Source: Lingula anatina
Taxonomy: Eukaryota > Animalia > Brachiopoda
Direction of reading: 5' to 3'
NCBI GenBank assembly: GCA_051362555.1
Contig: CM120649.1
Span: forward strand, 16,816,567-16,880,566
Length of the DNA stretch: 64,000 bases
The position numbers and the translations under genes were made by a program. This document shows, in pieces, positions 23,501-38,500 of this stretch. Each line of letters begins with the position of its first letter. Positions within the stretch are counted from its first letter, which is position 1. The notes below the pieces were generated by a model. The model saw nothing but the letters and a program-made list of their open reading frames with translations. It was not told the DNA's origin and made no database searches.

Positions 23501-26500
23501 ATATCCTCGGTGCCTGTACCCCGGTAGGTCAGGTACAGTTTCATCCACCAGGACTGTTAATACACATACTTACGTCTACACTCGCCCCCGATATCCACGG
23601 TGCCTGTAGGACAGGTACAGCTATATCCACCAGGACTGTTAATACACAGTTGCGTAGAGTTACACACCGGGGCTAACTGGTTACATTCATCTATGTCTAG
23701 AATATGGAAATAGTTTATTTCAATTGAATATTATAAAAATCCTCTTCCGCTTCCACTACACAAAAAATGACTTAATAAGCAAAAATACACGAATTCACTT
23801 ACCTATTTTTAAATGCAGTTTGAGGAGACATTTTAAAAATCGGGAAATCAATCTACCTTTGCAGATGTAGCCATCAGTTGACATGGTGTAGCCTCCGTTA
23901 CAAGAACAGTTGTAGGAGCCCACAGTATTCACACACTGCTGGTTACATCTGTTTGCTCCGGTAGAACACTCGTCCTCATCTGGTAATTATAACAGACATA
24001 ATCACATTGTTGTGGTTTATTAACGTAATTCTAGGAAAAAGGACATATGACAATAATTAATTTTACAGATGTGTCATATTGTCGGCACAGAGCAGTTACG
24101 ATGATGGCTTAATCTGACGTTTTGTCTTTGCTTTAACACTCATCAATTTTCAAAAGAACTTAGACAATTTGATATCAGATGCCCAGCTCCGGTGCTTTGA
24201 CGCCATGAATGCCACAGCATAAGCAATAGGAAGACCTACATGTTATTGTCACTCACCGTTACATTGGGTTCCTCCAGTAAGAGTGAAGCCTTTCTTACAA
24301 CTACAATGATTGGTTCCAGATGAATCTACGTAACACCAGCCGTTCACCAGATCACAGCCGATATTAGTGGTGCAAGCCGTGGTGGCTGGAATAGAATCAT
24401 ATCTTGAATGCTGCGAATTTCAAAACTGTTTTTCGGGCGCTGATTGCTTGTTGTCATTTTTATCAAAATATGTAAAAACACCAAGATTTTGAGCTTAAAT
24501 CATTTACAATTGGCTTTTTTCTAATACCAGTCGTGACCAACAAACTATTAAATATTACTCACGAGCACAAGTTTTGCCGTCAGCCTGGAGGGAGAATGCG
24601 GTGTCACATCCACAGGTGTAGGAACCCTCCGTGTTAATACAGGTCTGGGAGCAGTCACTGGCTGGGACACATTCATTCACATCTGAAATACCGTCATGTT
24701 TTAATTGTGTAAAACTAGGATCAACATAATGGAGAATAACCACCGTTTATTAAGAAATCGAAATCAGGCCCCGGATCAAGCATAAGAAAAAGGAAATTAA
24801 TTTTTTGGAAATAAGGGATACAATCAATACCCTTTTTTCCTTTTCACTAAAATTTAAAGCTAAAGAACATCAGCCGTTGTTATCGTTAAATCTTAACCAT
24901 AAAAAGCAGAACCTAATTCAAAGCTAGAAATGTTATACTGCTTTGGATTTTCAAATTTAAAAAGCACTCTCGTTGTCTGCATTTTATGTCTCTTTAACCA
25001 CTGAATGTGCATCACATAGTGAAATGAAACAATACATTGTATGTGCTGAACATTACCAGGGCTCCCAAACTGCCACAGGCGATTACTGCTCTTTCAAGAC
25101 AACTTTACAGATCTCGAACTTTTTCATCCGTGTTACATATCTCTGCACAGCCGATCAATGATTCAGTACATTTTGTATTCTGTATTCCTACACATACTTA
25201 TAAACACCCAAAACTCCCCTACTGTACAACATATTGCACGAAAATACATCGATTTTGCATCCGCGTGTTTATTTATTTATTATTTTTTTTTTCATGATGT
25301 AGCAAATGGTGGCTGGTCTGTATTTGAACATATTACCGACTTCAAAACCAGAAAACAAAAGTACAGATATATCTTCATGTGTCTCTTACCGTCACAGCGC
25401 CCTCCATCGGCCAACTGATAGCCCGTGTTACAAGAGCAAGCGTATGATCCCGGAATGTTGATGCAGATGTGGTCACATTCACTGCCATTGACACATTCGT
25501 TTATATCTGGAATTATCAAATTTTACAGCCACCCATTAAATTAATGAAGTGATTGGTTTGTTAATTGACTGACTGATAAAGTTTTAACTACGTTTGAATA
25601 TCAATCTATGAATTAATTGGTTGATTTGTTTATTTATTGATGAATTAATTGACAGCTATATTACAGGGTATTGTTCTTACCGTCGCATATTTTCCCGTCC
25701 CCAGTATAACCTTCAGGACAAGGCCCACACGTGTACCCAGTTATATTACGTGGTGGAGGGTCATTTTGACAACGAACCCCGGGATAACAGGGATCTGCGT
25801 TCTCTGCGCATGCGTCGATGTCACTTTCGCAGTACGTCCCCGTGTAACTGTCCGGGCATATACATTCCAAGACGATGAAGCTGTTAAAAGGTAGACATGG
25901 GTTAATAATGAAGAGTTCGTCCGATTACAATTTTGACAGAATATAGAGTACATTACGTCAATAGACGACCAAATTCTTAAACATACTGATCGCGGTGTAC
26001 AATAAGATTGCCCTGTTCTTTTGGTGACGGCGGTATACACGAACTTTGTCCCGAAGCGAAGACGTGTTACATACTTTTTTAAATCTTACCGTTTACCAAG
26101 CTCAAGTAACTATTATAGTAGAAGTATCCGCACATGTATATGGAGGCTGAGTTAAATGGAACAATCTGTACCATGTATAACATACCCGGTAGATGGTTTT
26201 CAACATTGTTGTTGTCTAAACTTACTATGAAGACGCTTCTTCCAGCTCGGAAGCTGTAAGTGATGTGCAAGTGCCACCGTTTTCACAAGGACAGTATTCT
26301 ATCACAGGCTGGTAGGTGCTCCTGGCGTCATTGGTGTCCTGAGGAAATACAGAAATGCAGTATTTATGAGCAAACTATGTCGAGCAAATAAGATATTTTG
26401 TTAGGAATGTACACCTGATATAAATATTTATTACATGCAGTACCAACCAAAGTGCCCTAGCTATAAATATAACATTTCTGAAAATTACTTCTCTCCAATG

Positions 26501-29500
26501 GCCTCCCACTTGTCGTAATACATTTTACTGGTCTGTTTGCCCTTCCATCTCTCTGTCTGCTATTTTTAATTATCTATTGCTAATTAAACCTAGAAACAAA
26601 TAAAATTTAGGTTTATCAGAATAATGAAAATATTAACGAGTACAACGTGAATTTGTGTTAAAATTTCTTTAAAGGTTAACGAAAAGATGTCACCTTTCAA
26701 AATTTGTCTGACGCAAAGGAAATCGATTAGCCCTCTCATACACGGACCACGCCACCTATATGTACACGTGTACTGTACCTTTGCTATCAACTTCAAATTT
26801 AGCTCCTCCGAGATGGAGTTGATGAGAATGTCCACATTATATTCGTCGCCAGAAACTTGCGATAGGTTGGCAGAAGTGGAGCCATTTGTCTCGAGCTGGC
26901 ACGTGATAGTGTCACCATTGGCGTCTGACACGTTCGTTGTTATGGTGGTCAATACACCACGATCGACCTTGTGCGATCTTGGCCCTGTGATTTTTGGAGG
27001 GAAATTATCTATGCAAAAAAGACAAAAGTACTTGCGAATATTAGCATTTTATTATCAAAGACGGGTTTTTCTAATGCTACTTGGCAAAATAGAGGCCTAA
27101 AACAGTTAATAAGAAATTTGGCGCCAAAATTATCTGGAAGAGATCCATATGTTTTAGTACGTGCGTTAAGAGTGGATAGCAGCGTATGTCGGTTTAAAAA
27201 TGCTACTTCAATTACACAGTATTTCAGGAATTCAATCCGTGGTTTAGTAAGATAGTAATGGCTTCTTAAGCAATCATAAGAATCACTGAACTGATAAACC
27301 TTCTCACAACAATTAAAATTGGGAAAACTTAATAGAAAGATTTCGGCCGTGTAGCACAGCCTTGTTTATTCTGACAACATCTGGTGTCGTTGGTGTAGTC
27401 TGGCGGAAACTCCCCATAGCGTCTTTTCCATAGCAGTCTTGTTTTTCATTGTCAGGTTTTTACTAGTAACATTATTTAACACCCATACGTTTTGTAGAAC
27501 GCCACCTTATTACACGGTAGGCTATATATACGACGTAATAAAATGGCGTCATCTCACCTAAGTCTAAGGTAGCTCTGTCACTGGCAATTTTCTCACTGAG
27601 AGTTGCCTCGCCAAAACTGAGATCTTCAGTTTGTGCTGTATCAAAGAGGCATGACATATCAGATCCACAGAGGGCTTCAGCTGCCGCTTGAAGAGTAGCG
27701 TTAGCGAACGTTATGTTGTCAGTGAACATAGGTGTAAAATCCGGGAAGTTGTAGATCTCGTAGCTCTCGCCAGCCTGGTAGCAGAATATGGTTGTTTCGT
27801 TCGTAACTATCCCTGAGGAAAATCATAACTTATAGACAATAAATAACGACGAAATTTATTATGAGAATTTTTTTTATTCGCGAGAAATCTAGAGTACTTC
27901 GATCATATTATCACTCATTCCTATCACACAGTGTATTTCGACTATCATAACAATTTATTTTCAAATCCCGTGTTCTGAGGATCTTGATATGTCTGCCAGT
28001 ACCTGTATGTTATGCATTTTTATGACGCAATTAAATCTCTCCTTTGGCATTTCCTTATGGCCTTAACTTAAAATTCTAACCTTAAATGAAGTTTGTGATG
28101 GGCATGTCTACTGTCTACACACAGAAATAATATATTCATGCTTCCTTTCTCTTAATAATCTAGACGAAAATGCAAAAGAATTGTGTCTATCAGTACACCT
28201 CAATGCCACTTACACGTCATTCCAAACTGGTGGTATATATCAGCTTCTGACGACGTCTCAGGTATTGGTGCACCGTTGCTAGGCGTGAGGTCATCACTTT
28301 TGTCGTTGTTAAACACGCCCATCAGGCCTTTGGTGCGGTTTTCAAAGGTTACAGGAACTGCAAAGCTTATCGATAATGCGCCCTACAGGAAAGTGCACAA
28401 AAATATGACTGGTTACCGCGCCGTAACTGATGAACCCCTGTATAATTCATATGATTTTATAAAACTACTACCATAATGAATATCCGTTTTCCTGCGAAAT
28501 CATTCGCTGAAAAAAGGATGTCTAAATGATAGTCAACAAAATATAATAAATTTATTACAGACCCTAGCTACAGATAGTGGGAATGCATGTGTTTAAACAG
28601 TAGCTAGTTAACGCAAGTCACCACAAGGGAAAAAAACATTTCCAGTCGTTACATATTTAATTTTAATCATTAATTTCAGAGCTACTACACAGACACGTGT
28701 CCTGTACAAATACACGTTCGACAACATTGTTAGCATTCTAACGATACCTTAAGAGCTTTCGTAGATACGGTGATTCCGTTTTCATACGTTACTTGAAACG
28801 AATTATTCTCCGGACGGGAGAGAAGCACTGTATCAGACAGCAAAGAATGTGTGCTGGTATCGTTGGTAAAGTTTCCAATGTCAATCATGGTGCAGTTTAT
28901 AAAAACCTCCAGTTCTTCCTCAGTACCGTTTTTCAGGTTCACCTGAGTGAGACTGTGATTGACAAGCTGTATTGCAACACTGGAGAAGACCGTAGCCTTT
29001 GAGGTGTCTGAAATGGATGCAGTGGGAATCACCAGAGGTAACCAAAAACAAAGTGCTGCTTGGAACCATATGAGACTGGGGAGTGTGCGAGAATCCCTGT
29101 GAGACAGGGGTCAAATTTATAGCCTTCTTACAAAGAAACACCCGAACATATCTTGAAATTGTGTGCAATAATTTGAGACAACCATAAATATACAGGTACA
29201 CTGTATATGTATCCGTGGCTATATTTAGTCAGTTTTTTCGCTGCCAAAACAGACCTAACTAGTCTGACATTATCTCAGACCACATGCAATCTCCCCCACA
29301 AACCCAGTGAAATCTCATTTGGATGTCAGCTAATAAATTTTCGAGACTTTGGACTCTCTCGAGTAACTCCCGTTAATACACATCAAGGGTGTCACGTATG
29401 ACGTCTCACAAAGTTGACAATGTACCTGACACCTTTCTCGTCCGTGCCTGAACTTGCATCTCTCCGCTATCGACGTCCAGTAATGTAAACTCTCCCAGGC

Positions 29501-32500
29501 CGTTAAAGGTGTAGTTTAGTCCGTCCAAAGTAACGAGGTGAGGGTCTCCGCGATTGGTTCCTGCAAAGATATGACGTAACGACCAGAAATAAATTGTGAC
29601 ATCACACAATTGTGGCCTCAGCTTCAGTGTGGCGTGCGGGACAAAGTTTGGCGCACTCCCATATGTCACCTACAGAATGACCTAGGGTAAAGATAGTTAC
29701 CCCCTAACAGCTTTACTAGGCGTGACAGTCATTTAAGCCGGTTGAGTTGATAGTAATTTAGTGAGACTCCCCAGGGGGATGGATCGATCCAAATATCTGT
29801 GGGAATGGTCCCTATGACTTAAGGAGTGGATTTTTCAATTATTGAACATTGTTCTTCCAGTGTTCTTTAACATAGGTCCTATTTTCTCAATGACATAAGA
29901 GATAATCCTGAATAATCCTGCACATGTCGTATCTAAGACATATGTCGTCACGATCCGATCAGAAAGAAATTGTAACATCACAAAAACGTATTGAAAAAAT
30001 AAGAAAACATTGATCTCACTTTCCCCAAATAATAAAAAAAGTTATGTGTAAAAAAAACCAACTGGCCAGAGAATGCGTTATTGTGATTACTTGAAGGCAA
30101 CCTTTTGTACATATCTACTGTTACTGCCACTGAAACGTGTCTTAAGAACCATGCATTCCCAAAACGGCATCGTACTAGCAGGATCGATCTAAATCCGAGG
30201 GGATTCTCGCTAAATTACATTCAGTTTAAGTGTGCACATAATGGAAAATTTAGCATGAAAATGGACCACGTTACGATGAAACAATATCAGAAAGACTCTC
30301 ACGCCATCGTGGCGGATTGTATCCCTCGCAGTCGCTGGATGGTAGAAGAACGTAGAAAAGTTGGCACATGTTGGAACTCTCTATGCAGCATTTCTGATAC
30401 CCGTATTCCTCTGAATTTGGTCTCTGCAAAAATTGAATGAAAGAGGTGCAATGGGATACTTGTACTCAGCAAGTTACTGTAACAATCATTATAGTCTAAA
30501 ATTTTTAAGTTATATATATGTTCTGCAAACAAGGATTAATTAAAAGGTGGGCAAAATTTGTGACTGAAGTCGGAGAAAACATTTTAATGAAACTTTTATT
30601 CAATTATCAGTGTAAACAATTTACCAAAGTATGAGGCACTTAGAGGCATTAGATTTATAATCGCAAGTATTAATTAACTCATACTGTTCACATCCAGATT
30701 CACACTATGTTTGAGGTTGTGTGTTACTACAAGTAGTACCTCTAGTTGTCTTATTATTTACCTAATGAAACCCAGGAAGATGAATTGTTTTTCACTTTTA
30801 CGGAATGACAGCATAAATTACTAAATATAAATAAATAAATAAAAACTACCTAATGGGTCAGCTGGTATCATCTGTACAAAATAAATAAATAAATAAATAA
30901 GTAAATAAATAAATAAATAAATACTACCTAATGGGTCAGCTGGTATCATGTGCTACAGATTTTTTTTTTTTTTTTTACATTAAAATCACATACAGAGGGT
31001 ATACTCACTGTGTCGTCCACCACATGTCCTCCATTTGGACTACCGACCAGGAGAGAACCATAAGATTGCCACCAATATGAGTAACAACATCTCCGCCTCA
31101 AATTATTTATCCGGAAAGCAGTTCGGAAGCATATTTTATCTCTAGTATAGTCCTGGATGCTCAACTTGAAACGAAACCTGGGGACAGAATCACCAATTGA
31201 AAAAAGTGACAATACCATATAGCCTATAATATAACTAATGGTGGAGAGGAACATGTCCATTCCAAGCTTAAAATGTCCACACTAAATTATACCTTAAGTT
31301 ACACATTCTTTCTTTCAAAAGGGTAATTAAATAGCGTTAAGCAGCTTCGGTAGGCGTGACGGACATCTAAGCCACTTAAGCAGAAAGCAATTTAGCGAGA
31401 AACCACTAGGGATGGATCGATCCTGTTAGATCGACCTAGGAATGGTAACCCAGTTTTAAAGTTCTATGGTCAGTCGAGAAACTGTTTGGTCCATGATGTT
31501 TTTGATGCTGCTTTGCAAGGGGGCTTGCCAGACAATTAAGCTGATTACAATGATTGCGCCTTTGCGAGAATCCCCGCTGGGACAGATCTATCCTGCTAGC
31601 ATGATAAGGTAATGGGAACGTAGGGTAGTATTCCTTTAAATTTTCGTCCATACAGTAGAATATCTAAAAATGCCAGGGCTTGTTTGTTTCATTTACCTTC
31701 AAAATAAGGAACCACAAATGGTTTCTGTCCTTACCATAAGTCCCGCCAGGCTTGGTTCATGCTGCATGGACATGGCTCCAAATTAACCATACTGAGTTTC
31801 TCCGAGTAATGTGCATATTCTTTCTTTGCCCATTGATAGCATTGCAAAGGAGCTGTTCCCTGACCACTGTTTTCTTCCAGGCGAAACATCCAGATACCTG
31901 CCTCACCTGAAGAAAAAATATATCCCTCAGTAATACGAGTAACTTCCTGTCTGACATCGAGGAAAAATAACGTGCAACATTATGATAACCTACTATTTAT
32001 TTTGAGTAATTTATGAAAAAATTCCAAATAAGAAGCGATTAAAAATGTGTCGACATTCATTGATCGAATGTTCATTTTAATTTTAAGGGAATAGGCATGT
32101 AAGCAGGGGTTCAAGGGGGGTACAAAATGAACGCTCTTTGGGCTGGAAAAGGTCCATTCTTTAATCTACTGTAAGTTTTATGCCTTTTTTCAAAGTGGTA
32201 AACTAAGGGGTAAAAAGCTCACACTAGTAATAGAATGCCATTTGAAATTGTTGACTAAAGACCTGGAGAAATAATGTTGTAAATTGTTGCCTAGAAACCT
32301 GAAAGTACTCGTCATCTCTTTTTTTTCTTTATTTTCCAGTTTTTGGATCAAATTATGTGGCAATCTTTTGTACCGGTATTTCCCACAACTGTATCCAAGT
32401 CCGCCATGACGCTTTTCCCAGTAGTTTGCATATTGTAGTAGGTGTTCTGGCGGTCATCACTTCCGTCCCCCGCGCTGTATCCCGCCACTGGCATCCCGTA

Positions 32501-35500
32501 CCGTATGGAGGAGGACACAAATTTTTCAAAGATGGCCTTGGTGTAATCTGTAAGAATGAGAAGTCTTTCATGAATGGGTCAAGCAAAAACTGTCTTATCT
32601 TACTAAGAGTGCTCAGCGTTTGACTGTCACAAAAACACAAAGCCTTGTAATACTCGACATAACTTTAAATTCTGCATGAATATATGGCCAAATACGAGGA
32701 AATAACATCCGGGACGCCGTACAGAGCTTTAGGAAAAATGGCGCGAAACGCGCAGCTTTAGCAAAAATCGTAAATATTTTCATATTTATCACAGGACCCA
32801 AATCTTGGAAGTAATGATGGAAAACAAACAGCGAGGTTAAGTTGTTTCCCGTTTTGGACCGTGTGAGCGGTGTGACCTGACCTCCCTACTTTAACGATTA
32901 TTCAGCTCATAATTCAAAACAAAAAGATGACCCAACTTTGATGTGAATGCTCGTTCAATACTCACCTTCGTAAAACCAGTTTATATCTGGATATATGAAC
33001 TTGACAAAGGCAAACTGGCCGTCAGTCATCAGGACGGCTTGGAAGTTATTGACCTGGGAAGAAAATGTATGCAGTGAAAAATGAGCGCATGGTTTGTGAA
33101 TTGCATCAAGTGTAGAAGAGTGATGATAATATAACTATTCATATTTGCTTACTTTCTTTCCTTTTTATTTTCGGAGAGGCTTTTGAGCTGTAGGATAAGT
33201 AGTGTATGAACGCCGTCAGTAAGGACAATGCAAATTGAACAAAATGAAATATTATCAAACTATAATAATCAGCAGCTTATTAGAAAATCACAATCACAAA
33301 GTTTTCGTGAATTTTTAATTATTTGCCAGAGATACAAGGACCTCTGACATTAGCCTTCGTATATCACCACACGTTTGTTATGCGCTGAAGTTTTACTGCA
33401 TATTGTATTTTCAACATTTTATATTCAAAATGTGCAGTAAAATGTTAAGTAATACAGTAAACCATTTCTTGAAATTCTAAAAACGACAGCATCATAGGAT
33501 CTTCAAACACATTTTTGACCAGTTGTACATAATATAACTCCGCAAGCCCTGTGATAACATCACCATAGTGGTTGATCTTATCCCACCGTTTACCCGCCCA
33601 TCACCATGGTAACCAAGTCAAGCGTGCCATAGTAAACAGTGGGAATTGTTAGAAACACTGCCTGCAGGTACTGTACAGGTACTATATAGTCAAGGCATCA
33701 CAACTGAATAGCACTACATTCGGATGAAATATTATAATTCTCTTACCGGCATATTCTGTACCCTGGTGGAGCCGCAGTAAGATCGGTAACGATAATAATA
33801 ATAATAGTACCAGCGCCAGCGGTAGCAGTCGCTGACGTAAGGCGGGAGGTTGGTCCACGTGACCACCATTACCCAGGTGGGGGCGAATTCTGGAAGAAGG
33901 AAAATGAGTGTATATGACGTCAGCTGATTTATATTATGTTTTCTTAAATTTAAAAATTTTGCAAAATTTGAATTTTTGGAAGGAATGATAATATTACAAA
34001 CAGATTTGGATTTGGGAAAGCCGCGCGTTTATGATCTGAGATAGAGATAGCTAGAGCCAATATCGAAAAGGAAAGTGAATATTCCTCCAACCGTACTTAG
34101 AAATATGTGCACTTGACTTAACTTCAATATTTGTGTTAAAAACAATTGAAATATTAGTTATCATTCTACCCATTTGTAATTCAATCACCTGTGAGTGGTT
34201 GCTTATATATTTGGGTGTAATGTTTAACATCGGCCGTAGCTCGGGCAATGATGGCTTCTGTCCCAGCCTTCCCGTCATTCATCTCATACACTTGATAATA
34301 CACCAGCTGAAATGATGGAAATATCTCAACGGGCAACCTGTTATCATTTCTATTCCTTCACAAAAGCAATGAGTTTTCAGTGCCGGTGGAAGCACTTTTG
34401 AAGAGGGGGGTTAATAACTTCAAATAATTAGAGGCGGAGAATGGAACAAGGCAAAAGTATGTTCTTGAAGTTGAAGATCAGTTCACATTATTATTACTAT
34501 AATTGTCATAATTATGATAAATATTATTATTATTATTGTTGTTGTTGTTTTTATTATAATTATCATTATTATTTAAATATCAACGATTATAAAAGAGTTA
34601 CCGTCTTATTCCTATTCACACTGAATCGTGAAAATAAAGTGGCGTCACTGCGGCCCCAAAACGGTGCGATCTGAGCATAGCGGTTCATCCAGTAACGTGT
34701 GCCAAAGCGCCACGGCATGCGAAGTTTCCATTCGTGTTTGAACTGTAGAACGCCATTGTTGCAGATCTGAAGGAAAAAAGAAGATGTACTTGGATATTTT
34801 CATAAATATAAATAATAATTCATTCATAAAATAAATACCAGATTTCAGAAATATTTGTCTCCGCATTACTTTAAAATCACAGAGATGAAATTTTAGTGCA
34901 TCAATATTTTAGGCTCATACATGTGTTTTGGCTCTGACATATGAAAACTACCAAACGAAAACCCACTTGAGACGGTTTCACATGCATTATCAGATTATCA
35001 ACTTCAAATACGTAGGTTACAAACTCCTTTGAAAAAAAAAAGAAATAAAAGTATGAGTTTTAAGAGAAAGACTTATGCGTTATTTTTCTTATTGGATGTT
35101 TGGCGCCAAAAAATAATGTCAATCTTTTAATTCCATTAATTCGAATAAATGATGCCTCCGATGCATTTAACGTGTTCGAGTACTATATTTGCGTTAGTTA
35201 AAAGTATCGCGGAGCTTACTAGAAATTCAGCAATAAGAAATTATTTTTCAACATTTTAAGGAATCTTGCATCATTATATCCAAATTCTTCTCAGGGCACA
35301 GTGCGTGGTTCAAAATGTCGCCATGAGAAAGTAACACATAAAACGGCCAGCAACTAACGGTTTCTGCTGTCTAGCCGTCTAAGTACTGTATTAACGAGTG
35401 GTCGATACCAAAATGGACAATTATTTTACTTACATGAACGTTGTAATGTCGTCCGTTGAAGAAGGGAAACCCTGCCCTGAGTAACTTCACCCTTAGGCAG

Positions 35501-38500
35501 ACATCATCATAGTTCCGCCACCTTCTATTAATCCAAGACAAGTCCAACCGGTTCAAGTCGTCCTGTGTATTGTTGTCCCCAGCGTTTTTTCCAAAGGGGT
35601 ACAGCCGTGTGTCTTCCCACCATTCGATTTCTGACAATAAAACTCTCAGATAAAAAGGAATTACAGTCTCAGCAATCATAGTATAATATCAAAGCGTTAT
35701 ACTAGACACTAACCTACGATCCAAATTTTTAAGAGTTGGGATTAATCGAAGTTCTTTTTCTCTCCTGATGACTGTCTAATTCAACTATCTCTGCTTGTAC
35801 ATAAAATAACATTATACCTTAATCACCCTAGGGGCTGATAAATTCTTTTTATATTTATAGATTTTATTTGCATTCTACAATACTGAAAGCATTCATTCCA
35901 AATATTCAGAACCATTATTGTGGTCGACCGGAATGTTTGTATTTGACCAGAACCTTCAAAGAGCATTAATTCTAAGCGGAAAAATATGTACTGGCATCCC
36001 AAGTGTACTGGTATAATACATGCACTATGATTTTACTCTTAATATTTTATCACATTCCAGCCACATTTAAAAGGAGCATGATTACTAATATTTCAACTGA
36101 TAAAAGGAGCTAGGGCACAAAACTATTGGGTCCGACCACAAGATTTAACCATAATTTTCTGAGCGGCTTGATCATTCTTTGTTCACTAATCTGACATCCA
36201 CCCATTTTAAAAAACTCACGGTAGACGAACGTGACATTTGTGTCCTTTTATAAAGCATGCACGATTGGCATTTCTTCATCTACTTACCTCGACAAGTGTG
36301 ACGGTCGGCTGACAGCGTGAAACCAGCGTCGTTACATTCACACTTGTAGGAGCCGTAGGTGTTAATGCAAACGTCACCACAACCACCGTTATTGACAGCG
36401 CATTCGTTTATATCTGCAATATACAGTATCAAAATATTGTCAATGTGACTTCATATCGAACATTTCTTTTCAGATGTTCAAGAGTGAATATGTCCCCAAA
36501 GTCGGTGAGTATAACTTTGCATCAGATTTTGCGTGTTTTGGAACTGACAAAATTATGGGACGTTTTGTTCTTTTCTTCAAACTTACTGTGGGACCAGGGC
36601 GGTCAAGACTAACGCTTTGGATTATCTGCACCCTTCTTTACTCATGACGGTCGTTATTCGAATATTGCAATTGTACTTATTTATATCTGTATGCAGGTAT
36701 GCAGTAGGATCATTAATCAAAATTTTGTTTCCACAACAGACAGAAAGCCCTTTTAAGCCCTCCTAATGCATAAAACTATGAAATTGTTGGAAAGAAAGTG
36801 TTCCAGCAACAAAAGAAGACCCATTTTCTGTACAAATAATAATGAATTAAGTATAAACTAGGTATGAAACCAGGCTAATATAAGCTAGACATCTTATTTA
36901 AAAACCTTCACAGCAAATGAAAGTGGCTTTTAAGGTTCACAGTGACTCGATCGATCCTTGGTCACAACTGTTGCAAAGGGAAAAAAATACTGAGAGCCAT
37001 TCATTTGAAAAACAATGGTCATCAAAGTTAGCTTAAGTAATACATGAAGTTCACGGTATAGACGTACGTGACATATGTGTCCGTTTATAAAGCATATACA
37101 ATTGCCATTCCTTCATCTACTTACCTCGACAAGTGTGACGGTTGGCTGACAGAGTAAAACCAGGGTCCCTACATTCACAGTAGTAGGAGCCGTGGGTGTT
37201 AATGCAAGTGTCCCTACACCCGTCGTTTTCGAGAGCGCATTCATCTATATCTGCAATATACAGGATGAAAAATGTTGCAAACATAGGAAAAAATATCATA
37301 AAAACACTTTCCAAATTTTAACGAATATGCAGAATGTGGCTCGGTTACCAAACGGATTATTTTTTTTTTTTCGAGAGAGAAAGAGAGAGAGAGAGCTACT
37401 CGAGCAATTTGATTTTGTTTTTCAAAAGGTAACCATATGCTAAACTTGGTGCTTTTATCCTCCGTGTCACGATTTTTTCATTAAGCCACCTCACTTAAAT
37501 CATTATAATTTTACAAACAAAACTTATTTGAGAGTCCGTTAGAGCGTCCTGACTGGCAGTTTGTACTGCACGTTCTCTTCCCTAATCAGCTCCCAATTGC
37601 GATTAACAATTTTTGAGTACATTCAAATCACAGTTAAACTCCACTGGCAGACGTAGTATGCCGAGAGGTAAATTACGTTAAAAGGGCAAGGAGTACATTA
37701 CCTTTACAACTTATCGTTTTGTAGTCATATCGGTATCCATATGGACACACTGGTCTGTTACAGTCAAAGCAGGGGGGAACCTCTGATAGATAATTAAATT
37801 TTACTTTAATGTTTATGTTCATTTGATTATATGTTTTATTTATAATATCATTATTCATAATTCCACATATATACTCATTGGTAAAAAGGGTCCAGCTGCG
37901 TTTCATGACACATTACCAACAGATCTGGGGGAAGGCATTTTTGTTCTTTTGATTTTGGCTAATATGTATATCTTAAAAGCAGTAACATTTATGTTATTCT
38001 ATCTGATAAGGGAAAGATTAATATAACTTTGCATTACAAAATGTCTTACCAAAACAATAGGATTGTGGGCATGCCACCGTCGGACTTAGATAGTAGACCG
38101 TAAATAGTGAGCAATTCTTGATTTGCACTGGCAGCAAAGAGTCACAGCAGCTGTCAGGAGACCCAACACATGCTTCTAATGATACCATGGTACCCGCTGG
38201 TATAGACGTGTTGGCTGAAACGAAAAAATGCAGGAAACATTTTTAAGATATATAGAGAAAATTAGAGATCCTTCCGCATACACCACAAAAACAAAAAAAA
38301 AAAGAGTTAAAAGATTCTTAAACAAAAGATTAATAAGTCTTTCATTAAGAATGAAAATACAAAAAAGAATGGGATTTGAAAGTGTTTCATTTATAAATTC
38401 GTGGTGAATACAGCTCCTATAGCTTTTACTTTCAGATTTGTAGGGAAGTTCCTAATTGATTCTTTGACTGAATCTTATAATGTCAAGATACACGTCTATC

